Made by a program: the position numbers and the translations under genes. Positions 63,801 to 64,000 of a DNA stretch of 64,000 nt are shown here, in pieces. This DNA is from Callorhinchus milii (Eukaryota). Every line of letters begins with the position of its first letter. Within the stretch, counting starts at the first letter, position 1. The notes beneath the pieces are model-generated. The model was not told where the DNA came from. It searched no databases and was given only the letters and a program-made list of their open reading frames with translations. The stretch spans positions 43,650,001 through 43,714,000 of the forward strand of contig NW_024704743.1 in the NCBI RefSeq assembly GCF_018977255.1, in the 5' to 3' direction.

Positions 63801-64000
63801 TTCAGTTCTGGGCACCGCACTTTAGGAAAGATGTTAAGGCATTGGAGAGGATGCAAAAGAGGTTAACCAGGATGGTACCAGGAATGAAGGACCTTAGTTA
63901 CAAGGAGAGGTTAGCAAAACTAGGATTATTCTCCCTAGAGCAGAGAAGATTAAGAGGGGATTTAATAGAGGGTTTCAAGATCATGAGAGGATTTGATAGG
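60855..64000 (+). mobile_element. Second decayed CR1 LINE (different subfamily), 5'-truncated in ORF1 and running off the window
   Basis: ORF1 esterase remnant (VCCLPGARV, VVVHVG, RDGLHLS). ORF2 motifs MGDFNYP, SDHN, KSPGPD, YLDFQKAFDKVPH. SINE insertion at 62260-62579 and an internal RT deletion at ~63640. Confidence 0.95.
62260..62579 (-). mobile_element. Young full-length SINE (short subfamily) inserted in CR1 ORF2
   Basis: 5' end AGGGAGTCCTGTAGCTCAGTGG; TSD GAGATA at 62254-62259 and 62580-62585. Confidence 0.95.

Noticed and set aside
45100..64000. Upstream zinc-finger exons of a longer znf385d isoform
   Set aside because: No CxxCNIQLNS-type peptide seen on the minus strand; such exons, if present, lie beyond the window.

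Overview
This is vertebrate genomic DNA, almost certainly from a cartilaginous fish. The repeat set (Deu-domain SINEs, shark-type CR1 tails, abundant L2 and a tRNA-Ala-headed SINE) suggests a chimaera/holocephalan, which is an inference. One host gene is supported: znf385d on the minus strand, with two coding exons in the window. These are a 22-nt first coding exon (44978-44957, MKTIMYL-G) and a 143-nt exon (9869-9727), separated by a 35.1-kb GT-AG intron. Spliced, they give a 55-aa N-terminus colinear with human ZNF385D as I recall it. The zinc-finger exons lie left of the window. The rest is intron or upstream sequence packed with retroelements: two large decayed CR1 LINEs with nested insertions, one young and many old L2 fragments, and several SINE families sharing the L2 3' stem-loop. 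I found no prokaryotic-type system (CRISPR, operon, rRNA, true tRNA) and no evidence for a wholly new biological system. The most interesting observations are: an out-of-frame upstream AUG that overlaps the znf385d start and would end in an NMD-competent position; a ~290-bp inverted duplication; several perfect de novo palindromes; a paired CTCF+YY1 site; a 500-bp YCAY-rich microsatellite; and unclassified dispersed repeats. Repeat boundaries and identities were estimated by eye.
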